A stretch of 64,000 nucleotides of DNA from Tubulanus polymorphus (taxonomy: Eukaryota; Animalia; Nemertea), in NCBI RefSeq assembly GCF_964204645.1, contig NC_134030.1, positions 14,136,110-14,200,109 of the forward strand. Reading direction: 5' to 3'. Made by a program: the position numbers and the translations under genes. This document shows positions 26,716 through 39,766 of this stretch, piece after piece (position 1 is the first letter of the stretch; the number at the start of each line of letters is the position of its first letter). Below the pieces are notes generated by a model, which saw only the letters and a program-made list of their open reading frames with translations, did no database searches and was not told the DNA's origin.

Positions 26716-28554
26716 AATATTTATGTCGCATTATCAGGATCACAGGGGGTGTATCCTTGTACATAGTTTGGGCTCATATCTGCAAGTATTAATTTCGCAA
26801 AATTCTGGGGGGGGCCTCTGAGCTGGACGGACTCACTGTGGCCAACCGGTCTTCCCTGTGCTACAGTGCTACATTCCGTCCTTGGGTAAGTGCTCTCTTT
26901 TTCCCTCTTACCTTGCGTTTGAGCGGTGGTTTTTCTATCTACCTTTCCCACCATCCTTGCGCTAGGCTAGTCTAGCAAAAACCATAGGAAAGGGTACAGT
27001 ACTCGACGGAAATATTACAATTTTTGGAACTAAAATTTGTATTTCCGAGTAGTAATTACCCTTTCCTATGGTGGGAATCCCGCCCACCTGCCCCGCATAG
27101 CTGTTTTTTTTTTTTGGTCTGCTATAACGTAAAAAGATGACGGATTTCGCCGGTGGCTGAAATAATACCACAGAGCCGGGTCATAAAGAAAAACCATTGG
27201 CGATCAATCCAAATTTAGAAAATATTGGCAAAAACCATAGGAAAGGGTAAGTACTACTCGGAAATACAAATTTTAGTTCCAAAAATTGTAATTTTACCTT
27301 CATCTGCTGTTTTTACGTAATTGCAAATCCAAGAACAAATCGATTTTTGTGCTCAAAATTAAAATGTACTCAGTTGATCCTATTTGTTGTTTCATTGTGT
27401 CATGTTTTCAATTCTCTAGCCGTGGGCCTCTTAGTGACCATTGTCATCGCTTCGGTTTTGTTGGCTGGGGGGTTGGTTTAGTATACTCCTTTTTAGTTGC
27501 CTTTGTGATACGGTATGATCTGTTTTGATTCTATTTTCGGCAATCTTTGAGCGATATACTACGTCCCACTCTTGTGAGATTTATTGGTCAGGGAGTTCGT
27601 CTTTTATTTCAATTTTCTGATATGTGTTGGTGATTTTATGTAATGAATATTTGTCTCCTTGGAGAGTTACGTCGCACTCAACGCATGATTTAGTTGCTCC
27701 ATTTGTGCGGGACGTGTGACAAATTCTTTTTCATTTGCAGTTTTATGTGAGCCTTTCGACTACTCGGATTTAAGCATTTTCATTGCTTTTGTTTATGGCT
27801 GGTCAGCTTCTTGTTGAATTTGCCCTTGTATTCTACTTGTTGATCATCATTGGGGGGTTGGTTTAGTATACTCCTTTTTAGTTGCCTTTGGGATACAGTA
27901 TGATCTGTTTTGATTCTATTTTCGACAATTGTGATTACCGTAACTTTTGAGAGGTTGCTTTTCCTTCTCTCTGGTCATGTTACGGCGGCCAATGATGCTT
28001 ATGAACCATTGTATGTTATATTTCCTGTGAGCGACTATGGAAGTTCAGTGCCGTAGGGCTTTTACATATGATTTCAATATTGCTTCTTTGCACTTACTGT
28101 TTAGATCCTTTGTTTGGTTTGGGTTTGGGATATTAGTTTTTGGGTTTTGCAATGCCGTTTCGGAATGTTTGGTGGCCCCAGTTTTTCCCATATCTATATA
28201 TCTCTGCAGTATGTCTGCACAACAGGGAGTGAGAATATTATACTATTCTCTCTGTGTGGCGCTGCGGACAGACGGAAGAAGTCAGTTTGGCTTTGGTTGA
28301 GTTGGTTAGGCCAGCTGTGCTGTTAAGTGGAGTTTATTAGTCCAGGGGATTCAGTTAAAAGTGAAAAAAATAGGAAAGTCATTCTAAGGTACTCGCTCAT
28401 TTGTGCGAGCATGCTGCGGTCCTGGTTTTTCCCATATCTTTATATCTCTGTAGTATGTCCGCACAACAGGGAGTGAGAATATTATACTAAGAACATGGTC
28501 TAGCGATTTGGATATTGTTGGAGCCATCCTTGTCATTGACTCAAGACATAAACC

Positions 28555-30330
28555 TATTTTAGAAAAAATAAGAAAATCTCAAAAGTGTTATGTCATGGGT
28601 GATTTCAATATCGATCTATTGCAAGTAGACTCGCATAACCCTACCAATGATTATTTGTCTTTATGGCTGTCAAACAATTTTCAGCCTTTAATTGATAAAG
28701 CAACTCGTATTTCGAAATCCTCTGCGACCTGTATTGATCATATATTCTCCGATATTACATTAAATTTTGACATCTTATCTGGTGTATAAGGCATTTTATT
28801 TCAGACCATTTTCCTCTATTTTTTGTTATTCCTAGCATAAGGCATACATGTAACTCTGTTAAAACTGTACAGTATCGAATGATGTCAAATTTTGCTATTG
28901 CTTTTAAACATAAACTAATGACAGTAGACTGGAATAATGTTTTGAATGAAAATGACCCAAATTTGGCTTACTCTTTATTCTTTAATACTTTTATGAAATA
29001 TTATGATGAATTCCTTCCTGTTATATCTCGAAAGTTTCTTCTTTACAAAGATAAAAAACATCCTTGGGTTTCAAAGGTTTGCTGAACTCATTAAAACAAA
29101 AGGACCGTTTATATAAAAGATTCGTTTCTACCCATAGACAACATGATGGGGAGGTATACACTAGATATAGAAATATTTATAATACTTGTATTCGAGCAGC
29201 CAAAAAAATCTACTATCAAAATTTGTTCAAGGATGCGCAGTGCCCAAAGGATACATGGAAAATAATTAACAACCTTATCAAAAAGTCAAATGACAGAAAT
29301 TATCCTAATAATTTCAAACACAAGGACATATTTTATTCTAATGATTTTTCTATTGCTAATGGTTTTAATACATATTTTGCTAATGTCGTACCGAATTTAG
29401 ACAAAAATATACCATCTACAAATGAGTCATTTTCTGATTTTTTGGGACCTTCGCATCTTAATAATCTATTTTTTATGCCATCATCTTTTGAAATTGAAAA
29501 AATTGTATTAAGTCTTAAAAATAAAAATAGTGCTGGACATGATGGTATAAGCCAGAAAGTTTTTAAGGAGGTTATTGATGTTATTTCTATCCCGCTTTGT
29601 CACATCTTCAACAGAAGTATGTCTACAGGTATTGTACGAGAGTTGTTTAAAAAATCTAAGATAATCCCTTTATTCAAATCTGGCGACCCCCAGGAATTAA
29701 CTAACTACAGACCCATTTCTGTTTTACCTTGCATTTCAAAAATACTTGAAAAATTAGTGTATACTAGGCTTCTAAATTACTTGAATAAATATAGAATTAT
29801 CTCTCAACAGTTTGGCTTTAGGAAAAATCATTCCACCTACATGGCTATTATGCTAACCATTGACAAAATTATTAGTAGTTTAGACAATTGGATGTCAACC
29901 ATTGGTGTATATTTAGATCTTTCGCGGGCCTTTGATACTGTAAACCATGATATTTTATTGTATAAACTTTTTCATTATAGCTTTAACTTGGTTTGAAAAC
30001 TACATAAAGAATAGGTTTCAAACGGTCTCTTTTAATGGAACTGTATCTAATCTTACATCCGTTCCTTGCGGAGTTTCTCAAGGCTCGATTTTGGGCCCTA
30101 TTCTTTTCATTATATATATTAATGATATTGATAAAGCTTCAAATGTGTTGAATTTTACTATGTTTGCTGATGATACTAATATTTTCACAAGTCATAAAAA
30201 CATCAAAACTCTTACCAACTCTGTTAATTCTGAATTACATAAATTAAATATATGGTTTCGTGCGAACAGACTTTCTTTAAATTTTAAAAAGACTCATTTT
30301 ATCTTTTTCAGTAGAGCAAAACTTAAACAA
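28555..30330 (+). mobile_element. Truncated CR1/L2-group LINE ORF2 (APE end and RT), frameshifted
   Basis: MGDFNIDL, TCIDHIF, SDHFP, NYRPISVL, QFGFRK, YLDLSRAFDTVNH, GVSQGSILGP, FADDT. Confidence 0.92.
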
Positions 30331-33300
30331 ACTATATTATATATATTATAGTCATATAAATATAGTCTTTAATATTGTAATCTTGGTCGGTTTACTGCAT
30401 TATATTTGCAGTATTCACTACTAATCCAAGATTAAGATCAGTCAGTTAACTTGATCAGTTTTTGAAGTTATTGCTGGTCCGATATCAGTCGGTTGATTTG
30501 TAGTTTTGACTAACGAGGAATCCAAAGTGTTTCAGTCAAACGTCTCCTATCATTGAGAAATGACTTGAATAGTTAGGAATGTACATCGTACACATGCCAA
30601 ATTAAGGGTTTAAAAGAAGTTTAAGTGAGAGCCTTATACTTATATTGCGCAATTGCCATGATTGATACGAAAACGTTTCTAGAATCGGATGACAATTTAT
30701 ATAGAATTGGAGTCAGATGTGCATTGTTTTGGGAGTGTTCGAACTTCGCTGAATCACTGAATCGTTGATTATTATATTAATTTCGCTGATTTGAAATTAC
30801 GAATAACGAATCTATTTTGCGGAGAGCAGTAACGGCTTTCGGCTTACGTCATCGGTACTTCGATGTAGTCTTACAGCTTTAATAGTGATTCGCCCTGGCG
30901 ACCCGAGTTTCAGATATACAGAAAAATATACAAAAAATCGTGACGATTGTAAGTTGAGCAACGATTGAAATTAAATCATTTGACTGCTGGATGTAATCAC
31001 AAATAACAAATAAACTGACGCCGAAATAGTCTACCTTTCAATTCAGTTGGTTTTCTATAGTAGCTGTTTGAAAGAGTCTACTGCTGAAAAGTGACTGTTG
31101 TAAAACATCTGATGTGCTAGTGTGCTAGCATTTTGATAGTGCACACTGGCAGTAGATGTGACTGTAACCAACCGATTGTAAACAGCGACTTAGTGATAGT
31201 AACTCCTACCACAATAGCTACTCTCAAAACACATCGTTTCTAAAAGTCAACTAGTGAAAAATGACCATTTTGAGATGGCACGGTAATTTCCTGTTCAAAA
31301 TAGCCACATCTGTTAAAGATTTGCAGTGATACGTGACAGGGTCAAAGGTACTGTTAAACCCCATATGCTTTGTATACAGAACTCTGTATGCTTTGAATAC
31401 AGTTCTGTCAATAGAAATCCTAGTTTCTGAGTTGCTAAGAACCCCCTAAATTATATCTCGCTCAACAAAATGGGAATAACCAATAGGGAAACTATTGATT
31501 TATATAACATCATTATGGATTAAATCCGTTAAAACAAGTATTGTGCCAGATCTAATTTGGAATTTTATGATTTTTGTTTTATATTTGCGATTATAAAACA
31601 TGCTGGTGCATTCATACTGTCATAAATCTTTGATTCTGTAGAAATGAATTTGTCTTCAAGCATATATGAGAGACGAAAATAAAAATAAAATCATATGTTC
31701 ATGAAATGGATTATGTCTTTAGATCTCTTTACCTGGATGAAAGACTACAAAAAATTTTCCAAAAAAATTTATCTAAAATACTTAGAATTAGCCTACAATT
31801 ATTGTTTATTTTGATACAATCAATTTTTAAGTAATCCATGTGATGTTCACTTTGTCACGCTGTTCTCTGCTTGTTCGTTTATGAATATTGAACCCTTTTA
31901 TCGCTTGTTAGAATTGATATACCTTAACCGAAATTTCATTTCTTAGTTATACAGTTTGGTTGAAATGATATTACAACTTCTAATATAAGATCAAAATATT
32001 AGTGCATTATATTCTAATCTAATACCCATTACTTACTGAGCATATGCTAGTGAGAATAAGCCTAACAATTATCACTTTGATTGAATGAATACTGAAATAA
32101 ATTCAGTTGAGATGTTCACGTAGTTTTGAAATCAGTTATTCCAATTTGATTAAAAAAAACCTCTTCTGGTCTAAGTAATAGAATGCAAGGCTGAAATTTC
32201 AGTTTTACATGCTTTCCTACTTTGTTGAGTAAATTGTTTGTATAGGTTATCAAAAGCCCAGAAGCAGCTATCAGTCAACAGGTGAATTACACTGGCTAAC
32301 TAGACAGTGATTGATGAACGAATAAACAAACTGCACTGACCACCAAAAATAATGACCTCTTAATAGTATTTAACTTAGCACCTCGAAACTCTATTTGAAG
32401 ATTCCAATGAAATAAAATGCCAATGAATCGCTGAATTTTAAGGTACTTTATCAGTTTTTCTCCAATATAACTCATTTTCTCAAATTATCTTAAAATAAAA
32501 ACTACTTTTATATCAGTGGATCCATATTCTACGACAGAAGTGCATTCATAGTAAGAATAACGTTACCAATACGTTAAATTGGAAGTGAATGCAGGCTAGG
32601 ACCAAAAAAGGTGCCGATTTAAGATGCCGATATGCAGAGAATCTCTCCCGTAGCGTCTGACACGGTTGCATATACCTTCCGCGGCGACAAGTAAATAATT
32701 TTCTATCTAAACGACTACATGACCCAAAGTAGTCGAATAGAACACTAATCCGATAAATAAAGATATTCCGCAATAAAAGTAATGATAATTTGTTAACTAA
32801 TTTACTGCACTCTCGATTTTTATTGGTAAGACTATCTTCAGAGCTTAACTGAGTCACTCAAGATACAACTATACCCCAAACTATATCGTGAGAATAGAAT
32901 TTTCCACTACTTTCTCAGTGTGTTCATGTTGTCACGTATCACCGCTAATCTGGCTATTAAGTAAAAGTAGACGTTTAGGCTCAAATGTGTGATAGACATG
33001 TTCTTGGATTCAGAGAACAATACAGAGACATGGGGCCAGGCCCTCATCCACTTTTCTGACGCTTGAACATAATTTTTTTCATCGCCTGCTGTTAAAGGAT
33101 ACCAGTGTAAAACCGTTATTGTCGTATTTCTGCATAGCGTTACATTCTGAAATTCTTCAACAGGGCTTTTAACCTTCATTTTAATCTTCTTAGCCTCCTT
33201 GAATCTATTGTAATCGTTATTATCCTTTTTACATAAAAAATGCCTGAAATTGTGAGCATATACCATTCCTAATTTCAACTAAGAAAGTGCTCAGAAAGCA

Positions 33301-34049
33301 CCTAAACGCATCTCATTCTTCAAAGACCACACCCCCTTCCTTTTGTGCCTTACGCACCTGTGGCCCTTCTCCAAAAGCTAGATTCTCGAACATTTATCTA
33401 AATTACTCAATGGCATTTATTTCAAGTCTGCCCCCCCCCCTCGCGATCATGCCATTCTCCAAAAGCATCTTCTTTTCAGTTTGGATTCGCTTGCTAGATT
33501 CCCTGTTATAAATAGCGACATGTGCTTCAGATTTGCAGTGATACGTGACAATATAAACAGCGTATAAACAGTAGTGCAAAACTGTATGCAAACGCTATAT
33601 AGTTTTCAGGGCAGTTAAAATCTAAACATTCTGAATATGCTCTTTGAGGATGTGAAATATATGAGCGATAAAACTCTAACCGATAACCATCGAGCTAAAT
33701 CTGTTTGTATAATGTGATAAGTTTTGAAGTTTTAAGATTAATCGAAATTGCCTTTATTTCATGGCAATAATTTAATGAAAATTCAATTGGAAGAAATGCA
33801 GCTTTTTCAAGTATAGGTCAACATTATTTTTGTCATTAAAATGGTTTATGTTCGGAAAACAGCAAAATTTAATAAAATACTTCAATATTCCGATTTTTAA
33901 AAGCTTCAATCATTTCAAAAATTTCAAATTTTCGGTGTTGTTTTTCCCAATATTCATCTTGAATAATCTGTGACTTTTACTAAGCTGCGTACATATAACC
34001 TGTCATAATTCGTGACTTTTAGCAAGCAACATGCATAAAAAATGATATT

Positions 34050-35720
34050 ATCAGACGTAAGATAAAAACCCACTATTTAAAAATCAAAAGAAATCTAAAA
34101 TCGTGAATTATTTATTGAAACAATCTGAAATGTAAGAACACGACTTTTCGATCTCACACTAGAGATTATCGTCAGGTGTGAGATATTGACTGAAAACAGG
34201 GGTATATATAATGAGGAGAACAGGTTAATTGAGTAAATTGGTGAGTGAGTAACTAATTAGTGTTTGGCAAGGCATGGAGTAATGGAATTTTAGGGGGAAA
34301 AGCGATTATTTAAATTGGTACTAATATCTGAGTGACGAGTAATTAGGGCAGACTCAACTGTGTGGCGTTAAGTGTAATTGGTGGAAGTATAAATAATTTC
34401 GGCTTTATCAAAATTAAAAGGATGACCAGCTACGCCACTAGCCGGTTTTTTATTTATTATATCCATTTTGTGTTCCGAAATTCGAGTTTTTAAATCACGA
34501 CCAGTTTCTCCAAAGTACATTTTATCACAGCCAAAACAAGGAATTTCGTAAACTCCGCAGTCCAAAGGTTTAGATTGATTGTTTTTTACCAAAGTCTTGC
34601 TAATTTTGTTATCACACGTGAAAATGATTTGTTTATCCATTAAAGGGAGAGAGTGACGAAACTTTTCCAAAACAGGTACATATGGAACTACAATGAATTC
34701 TGAAATGTGTTTTTTATTTTCTGGAAGTTTAGACTTAAAGGAAGTACTGAGATAAAATCCCACTATTTACAGATTAACAGAATTTAAAAACGAGAATTTA
34801 TTTATTCAAACTAAAATATATAAAAGACATTATCTTATTATCCGTTCACCACGTTTGAGTGTGGTTATTGTTCTATTAAAGAAAGTACGAAATAGCGATT
34901 TTCAAAATGTGATCAGGGTAAGCCAATTTATTAAGAGAGTTGGATATGTGGTCAAATTCAGCTGAAAGGAAGGTTTCATCGCAGATCCGCAGTGCACGGA
35001 GAAAGAGGCCTTGAACGAGGCCAATTTTGATTGATTTAGCAGTAAACAAAAAGAAATGGAGATATGCCTCAGCGTTGATCGGTTTACGGTAGACTGAAAA
35101 AAACAAATGAGAGTATTTATTGTGGATTAGAACATTTAAAAACGGAATTTGGTCATTTTGTTCCCATTCAAATGTGAATTTCAAAGATGGATATTGAGAG
35201 TTGATGAAGTCAATAAAAGAGTGTAAGAACACAACGTAAAATCATCAGAAACTAAGCACAGAATGTCATCAAATCATCAGAAACTAAGCACAGAATGTCA
35301 TCAACACATCTAATCCAGAAGTTAGGTTTAGAGCCAGCGTAATTGGGGAGAATTTCGGATTCAAAATGTTCAAGAAAAGATTAGCCAAAATGGGGGATTA
35401 TGGGTTACCCATAGCGAAACCGAAAGAATGTGTCTTGGAATTGGAAGTATAGATTGGTTGTTCAGAGCTCCAAAAGTTCAAGTAAGCAATCTACAGGAAT
35501 TGGGAGATCAAGATTGGAGTCCGGGAGTTTTCTTCTTAATAAATTGAGAGTTGGTTCCAATGGTATGTTTGTAAACAAGGATATAGCGTCGAAAGATATA
35601 AATTTTTGGCCATCAGGTTTGAGATTTTTGAGTTTGTCTAAAAGATCCAAATTGTGCCGAATGTTAGAATCAGAAAAAGTACCCAGAGCCGGGGAGTACT
35701 TTAGCCAGATATTTGGACGT
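34050..35720 (-). mobile_element. Penelope-like element (RT and GIY-YIG), decayed
   Basis: SFDAISLFTNIP, AMGNP, IPFLNVLI, VYRKP, GVYEIPC..CDKMYFGETGR.LKTRISEH. A 32-bp tandem duplication near 35240-35303. A second pLTR-end fragment at ~34745-34810. Confidence 0.92.
34136..34180 (-). ncRNA. Minimal type I hammerhead ribozyme-like motif in the Penelope pLTR
   Basis: Minus strand CACAC-CTGACGA-TA-ATCTC-TAGTGT-GAGAT-C-GAAA-AG-TC-GTGT, giving stem I, the core, stem II and GAAA..UC. Confidence 0.6.
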
Positions 35721-38700
35721 AGTTTTTATTCTGAAGATATCTTGTTTAAAAGTATTAGTTAAATATTTATGTACCCTGTGTTAAAAGTATCAGATGGAGA
35801 GGCCCGTGTACTTCTTCACAAAAATAGCATTTTGACCTTTCAAGGAGATCGGTGTGCAGCAAAGATATACGCGTTACCTCCGCTATGAGATTTTCAGGCA
35901 GGTGGGGAATTCGGGTCACCCGGGTCTATAGTCATGAACACTGTACTATAACGCCCAGACATCCATCTAAACGATTCCATGCTCGTAGGTACCAGGTTTA
36001 TAATATCCAGGCAGCAGGCGAATCATTTGGGTCACCTGCAATGTACTATAACCATAGAAATTTAGCACTGCTATGCTTTAACCAACCAACAGCTGATGGA
36101 GTTCATCAGAGCATCCAAACTTTAAATCTCCAGAAATCTATCTACTGTTTTATAAGCAGTGGATGCCATGTGTCCCTCTAATCGCCTTCATCAACGCAAA
36201 CATTAAAAAAATGTGACGATTTTAACTGCTAAATCTGCCAGCAATCACTTAATACCGTTACTTTTCATAGTTGATATCTTAAAAGTGAGATTGAAACAAA
36301 TCCTTCCCGGATAAAAGGAACACCTTAAACAGTCACCTAAAACATATTCATAGTCATATAGTCTTGGATAATTACATGCCACATAATTATTTTAGTTCAG
36401 GAATCGAAATTTTTGAAGCTCGGCTTAAAAATCCTCCGATATTTAACAAGTGTTTTAAAGAACAATGATATTTTTGATAACAGGGTCGAATGGCTTATTT
36501 TGAACATTTCATCCAATTCCAAATTGGCTACATATTTCAGCCTAGATTTCATACTTTTTAGACAGGATGATTTGATATTGTTTTAACACTCAAGAGAAAT
36601 CTCTCAAGAAAATCAAGATGCGGGGAATATATTTAAGGCAACGTTTCGCCTAAAAAAATTGAAAAGTCATATTGTATTTCTAATATAACACATGTGCATG
36701 ATCAGGCCTTATGACAGATAGGCTACTACTCAACTGTGAAAGCCCTTAAATTCTGCTGACCTGTATTAATTTGTATTAGACAACAAACATAAGTGACTTA
36801 AGCAAGGGGACAAAACGCAGACAGCGATTTTATTGTCTGTATCAATAAAATACATAATTAAGCATATATAGCCTTGGTATTTTTCTGCGCAGAAGTGTGT
36901 TTGTTGTTTGAGCTAAATGGATGAATGCCATCTGTATAACTGAGCAATAACGTTTTAATGCGATAGAGCTAACCCTCCCTCTCCGTAACTTTCAATCAAT
37001 CTACGGTCCTAAAACCGTTTCGTATCAATAGATAAATTAGATGTAGATGTTGATTTAATTTCCGATAACAGAAACAATTAGTAATCGTACTTTTCTTAAA
37101 TTCAACTTAAGCCAGACTTTTCTAAGTCTGAGGATTTTTCTTAGTTCCAAACGATTCGGCTTGTCACCGAATAACCAAGACCTCAATTCTTGTTATATCT
37201 TTGTGTTCATTTGTAAAATCTCATGTACATATTCAAGCACGAATAAAGGACTTCGGTAAGAAACAGATTTTGAGAAAACTGATTCTGATATGTCATCTGT
37301 GAGGGAAACGAGACATCAAGCTTAATTGCTGTTCTTGGTTCGACTCCGTTTTCATAGCCATTTAAAACATAGAAGTGCGCACCCGGTAAATCGAACGGCC
37401 GTCTTACCGAGTCAACAGGTCATTTTTTCAAACTCAAAATAAAATGTTGTTGGCCGCATTGCTCTTCCGGATCGATATTTGAATATTTATTCAAACAAAA
37501 TCTTTGTTCCGGATATATTTAACATTAAACCAGACAGGAGAAAGTTAGACACAATTGTGTATATATGTTGATATTTCCTCTGTTCACAAGTTTACAACTG
37601 CTTACATCTGTTTTCATAAATTATTTAAACCGTTGTTGACTCCATCCAACTTGAGTACGTCTACTAACAAACGTCTTGTTTGGTTCTCGCGCGTGGAAAC
37701 CACGCATATTTTTTTAGTCTATATCTACTTGTTAAACTAGACACAACGTAATGATTGACAGTTCAGATAACAGTCTGTTGTTGTGCTGCTAGCGGAAAAT
37801 TACTCCATTGTAAATAATTTCTTGATTCATAAAATACTAAATCATCCTAAAGTAAGGGAATATTCTCCCAACTGAACTCAATTTAAATTGTTTTGAGCCA
37901 TCATTGACCTCGAACGATGAATTCAATGTAATTTTAAAACACTGAAAAATAACCAAAATATAGCGGTAAATTTCCGTCAATAAGATTTTATTAATCATGG
38001 TATTTAATTGAATTTTAACTGAATTCGGCGAAGTTCAAACACCCTTCAACCTAGCAAAACAGCTATATCAGTGCGATTATACATTCCTCTGTTAGGAAGA
38101 AAATTTTGGTCAAGGCCATTTTCATGTATAGTCAATTAGCGCACTGTCCTTTAAAACCAAGCAACATGCGATGCTCACAGTGTGCAGACTATTTTTGATC
38201 AGCGTGCTCAGTGACGTCACACAGAGCTCCTAAACTGTAATGATCCAAAAATGGACTAAACTCAATGTATCGGTACAAATCCGAACATGTACACGGCCGG
38301 TATTTTACATTTGATACCAACAACCCGTTCATGCAACGCACAGACCGCACCAACCCGTGAAGTTTCACCGTTAGTTTCTTATAGTATACATTTGCTCGGA
38401 CGAAACTTATTTAGTTAACATTCTAACCGTGTGAATCCCTAGTTTTCGGAATTCCAACATTTTAGGAATTGTGCGCATAAACGCTGCTTTCCAAATGAAA
38501 TTTGGAATTTAAAGATAATTGTCGTTTTCTAATACATCAATTTGAAACTGTCATAGGTTATCACTATAATTGCTATAACACAATTATCCTTCATGATTAA
38601 AAGCATAAATACAGTATCGGGAAAGGAAACTAACTCCATCCTTTATATTTCAATTCATATTTTGACACAGAATAGCGAACAGTAGGACCTTCTCAAGACG

Positions 38701-39084
38701 AAATAAAAAACTCTCTGTCCCCACATCTTCAAAATACTGTTTATTTATGGTCATCCAATTAGCCAGTACTTCAAATACTGTAAAAACAACCGACTGGGGT
38801 TGGGCCAGTAATCGCAAGCAAAGGTCATGCAGTGAACCGACCTAGGCTACAATATTGTAGCCTCGGTCAGTGTTTACAAAAAAAGTTATGCAGTGAACCG
38901 ACTTAGGTTACAATATTGTAGCCTCGGTCAGCGCTAACAGCTGAATCACACGTTCTACGCAAACCGCACTGCTAGGTAACAAATTATCTATCATTGCTTT
39001 GACCGAAGCATAACCGTTTTTCTTTTTTCAGCTTTACAATTGATTCCATGAATTTAATAATTCCATTTTCGAATAATAATGTGT

Positions 39085-39493
39085 TTATTTTACTTCCGGG
39101 TTTTATTTTAAGTTTTGAAATTGTATTTCAAGATCGATTTCTGGGAAATCCTTAGTTCAATTTGGTTGAAAAGTATCAAATCCAATTCAGTTTTACTTTA
39201 TTGAACAAATAAAAGATCAAATCCAATTCAATTTTGTTTCATTGAGCACATTTCTGAAAATTTGATTCCATTCTGCTTTCAAATCAATAAGACAGAGGGA
39301 AACGATTCATCTGAGTTATTTGTTCGTGCCAGCCCTCGTCTGTGCTACTGAAAACAAGAATGTACTTTGTAAATGATAGGTATTGACTCTTGAGCTTGGC
39401 TTTTTTTTGACAAATGTAAACCCACCGAATACTACATTTGCAATTTCAAGCAAACCTGACAGGCTGGCTTTAGTGCCCCTTGTGGCTCTTGTT
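39085..39493 (+). mobile_element. 3' part of HINE-like family B
   Basis: Matches 49090-49650 (AAATCCAATTCA repeats and the CTGACAGGCTGGC...GCTCTTGTT end). Confidence 0.65.
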
Positions 39494-39766
39494 CTATCGA
39501 GTTGAACTTTTTTTTTTTTGATGATTTTACAATCTCACCTGTGATGAAAAGACGAGGTATCTTTTTTGCCTCCGATGATTCTCCTATCATAAATCTAAAA
39601 TTTAAAGATGCCTGAACAATATTAACTGATTCTGTTAGGGCAGTGGACGATGAAAATGAGTACCTAGTTATGATTATATTATGGCATAGTGAAGCACTCA
39701 TTGAACTTTAATTGTGAATTCCTGATGTCGATTACATAGGATAATGATTTCGTGTTTTATTTCTAG

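Larger units (their letters stand above)
21295..27292 (+). mobile_element. Full-length, decayed DIRS1-like tyrosine-recombinase retrotransposon
   Basis: Left ITR ~21295-21433 and right ITR ~27131-27292 with extension. Internal complementary region at 26975-27070 matches both outer ends. gag, RT, RNase H, MTase-like and YR frames present. Confidence 0.95.

Noticed and set aside
32546-33591. ORFs of 62-123 aa
   Set aside because: No recognisable motifs or phase-compatible splice sites
39744-39766. ATG start of the 1354-aa ORF
   Set aside because: It lies in the polypyrimidine tract and acceptor. A phase-matched upstream exon explains the frame better.
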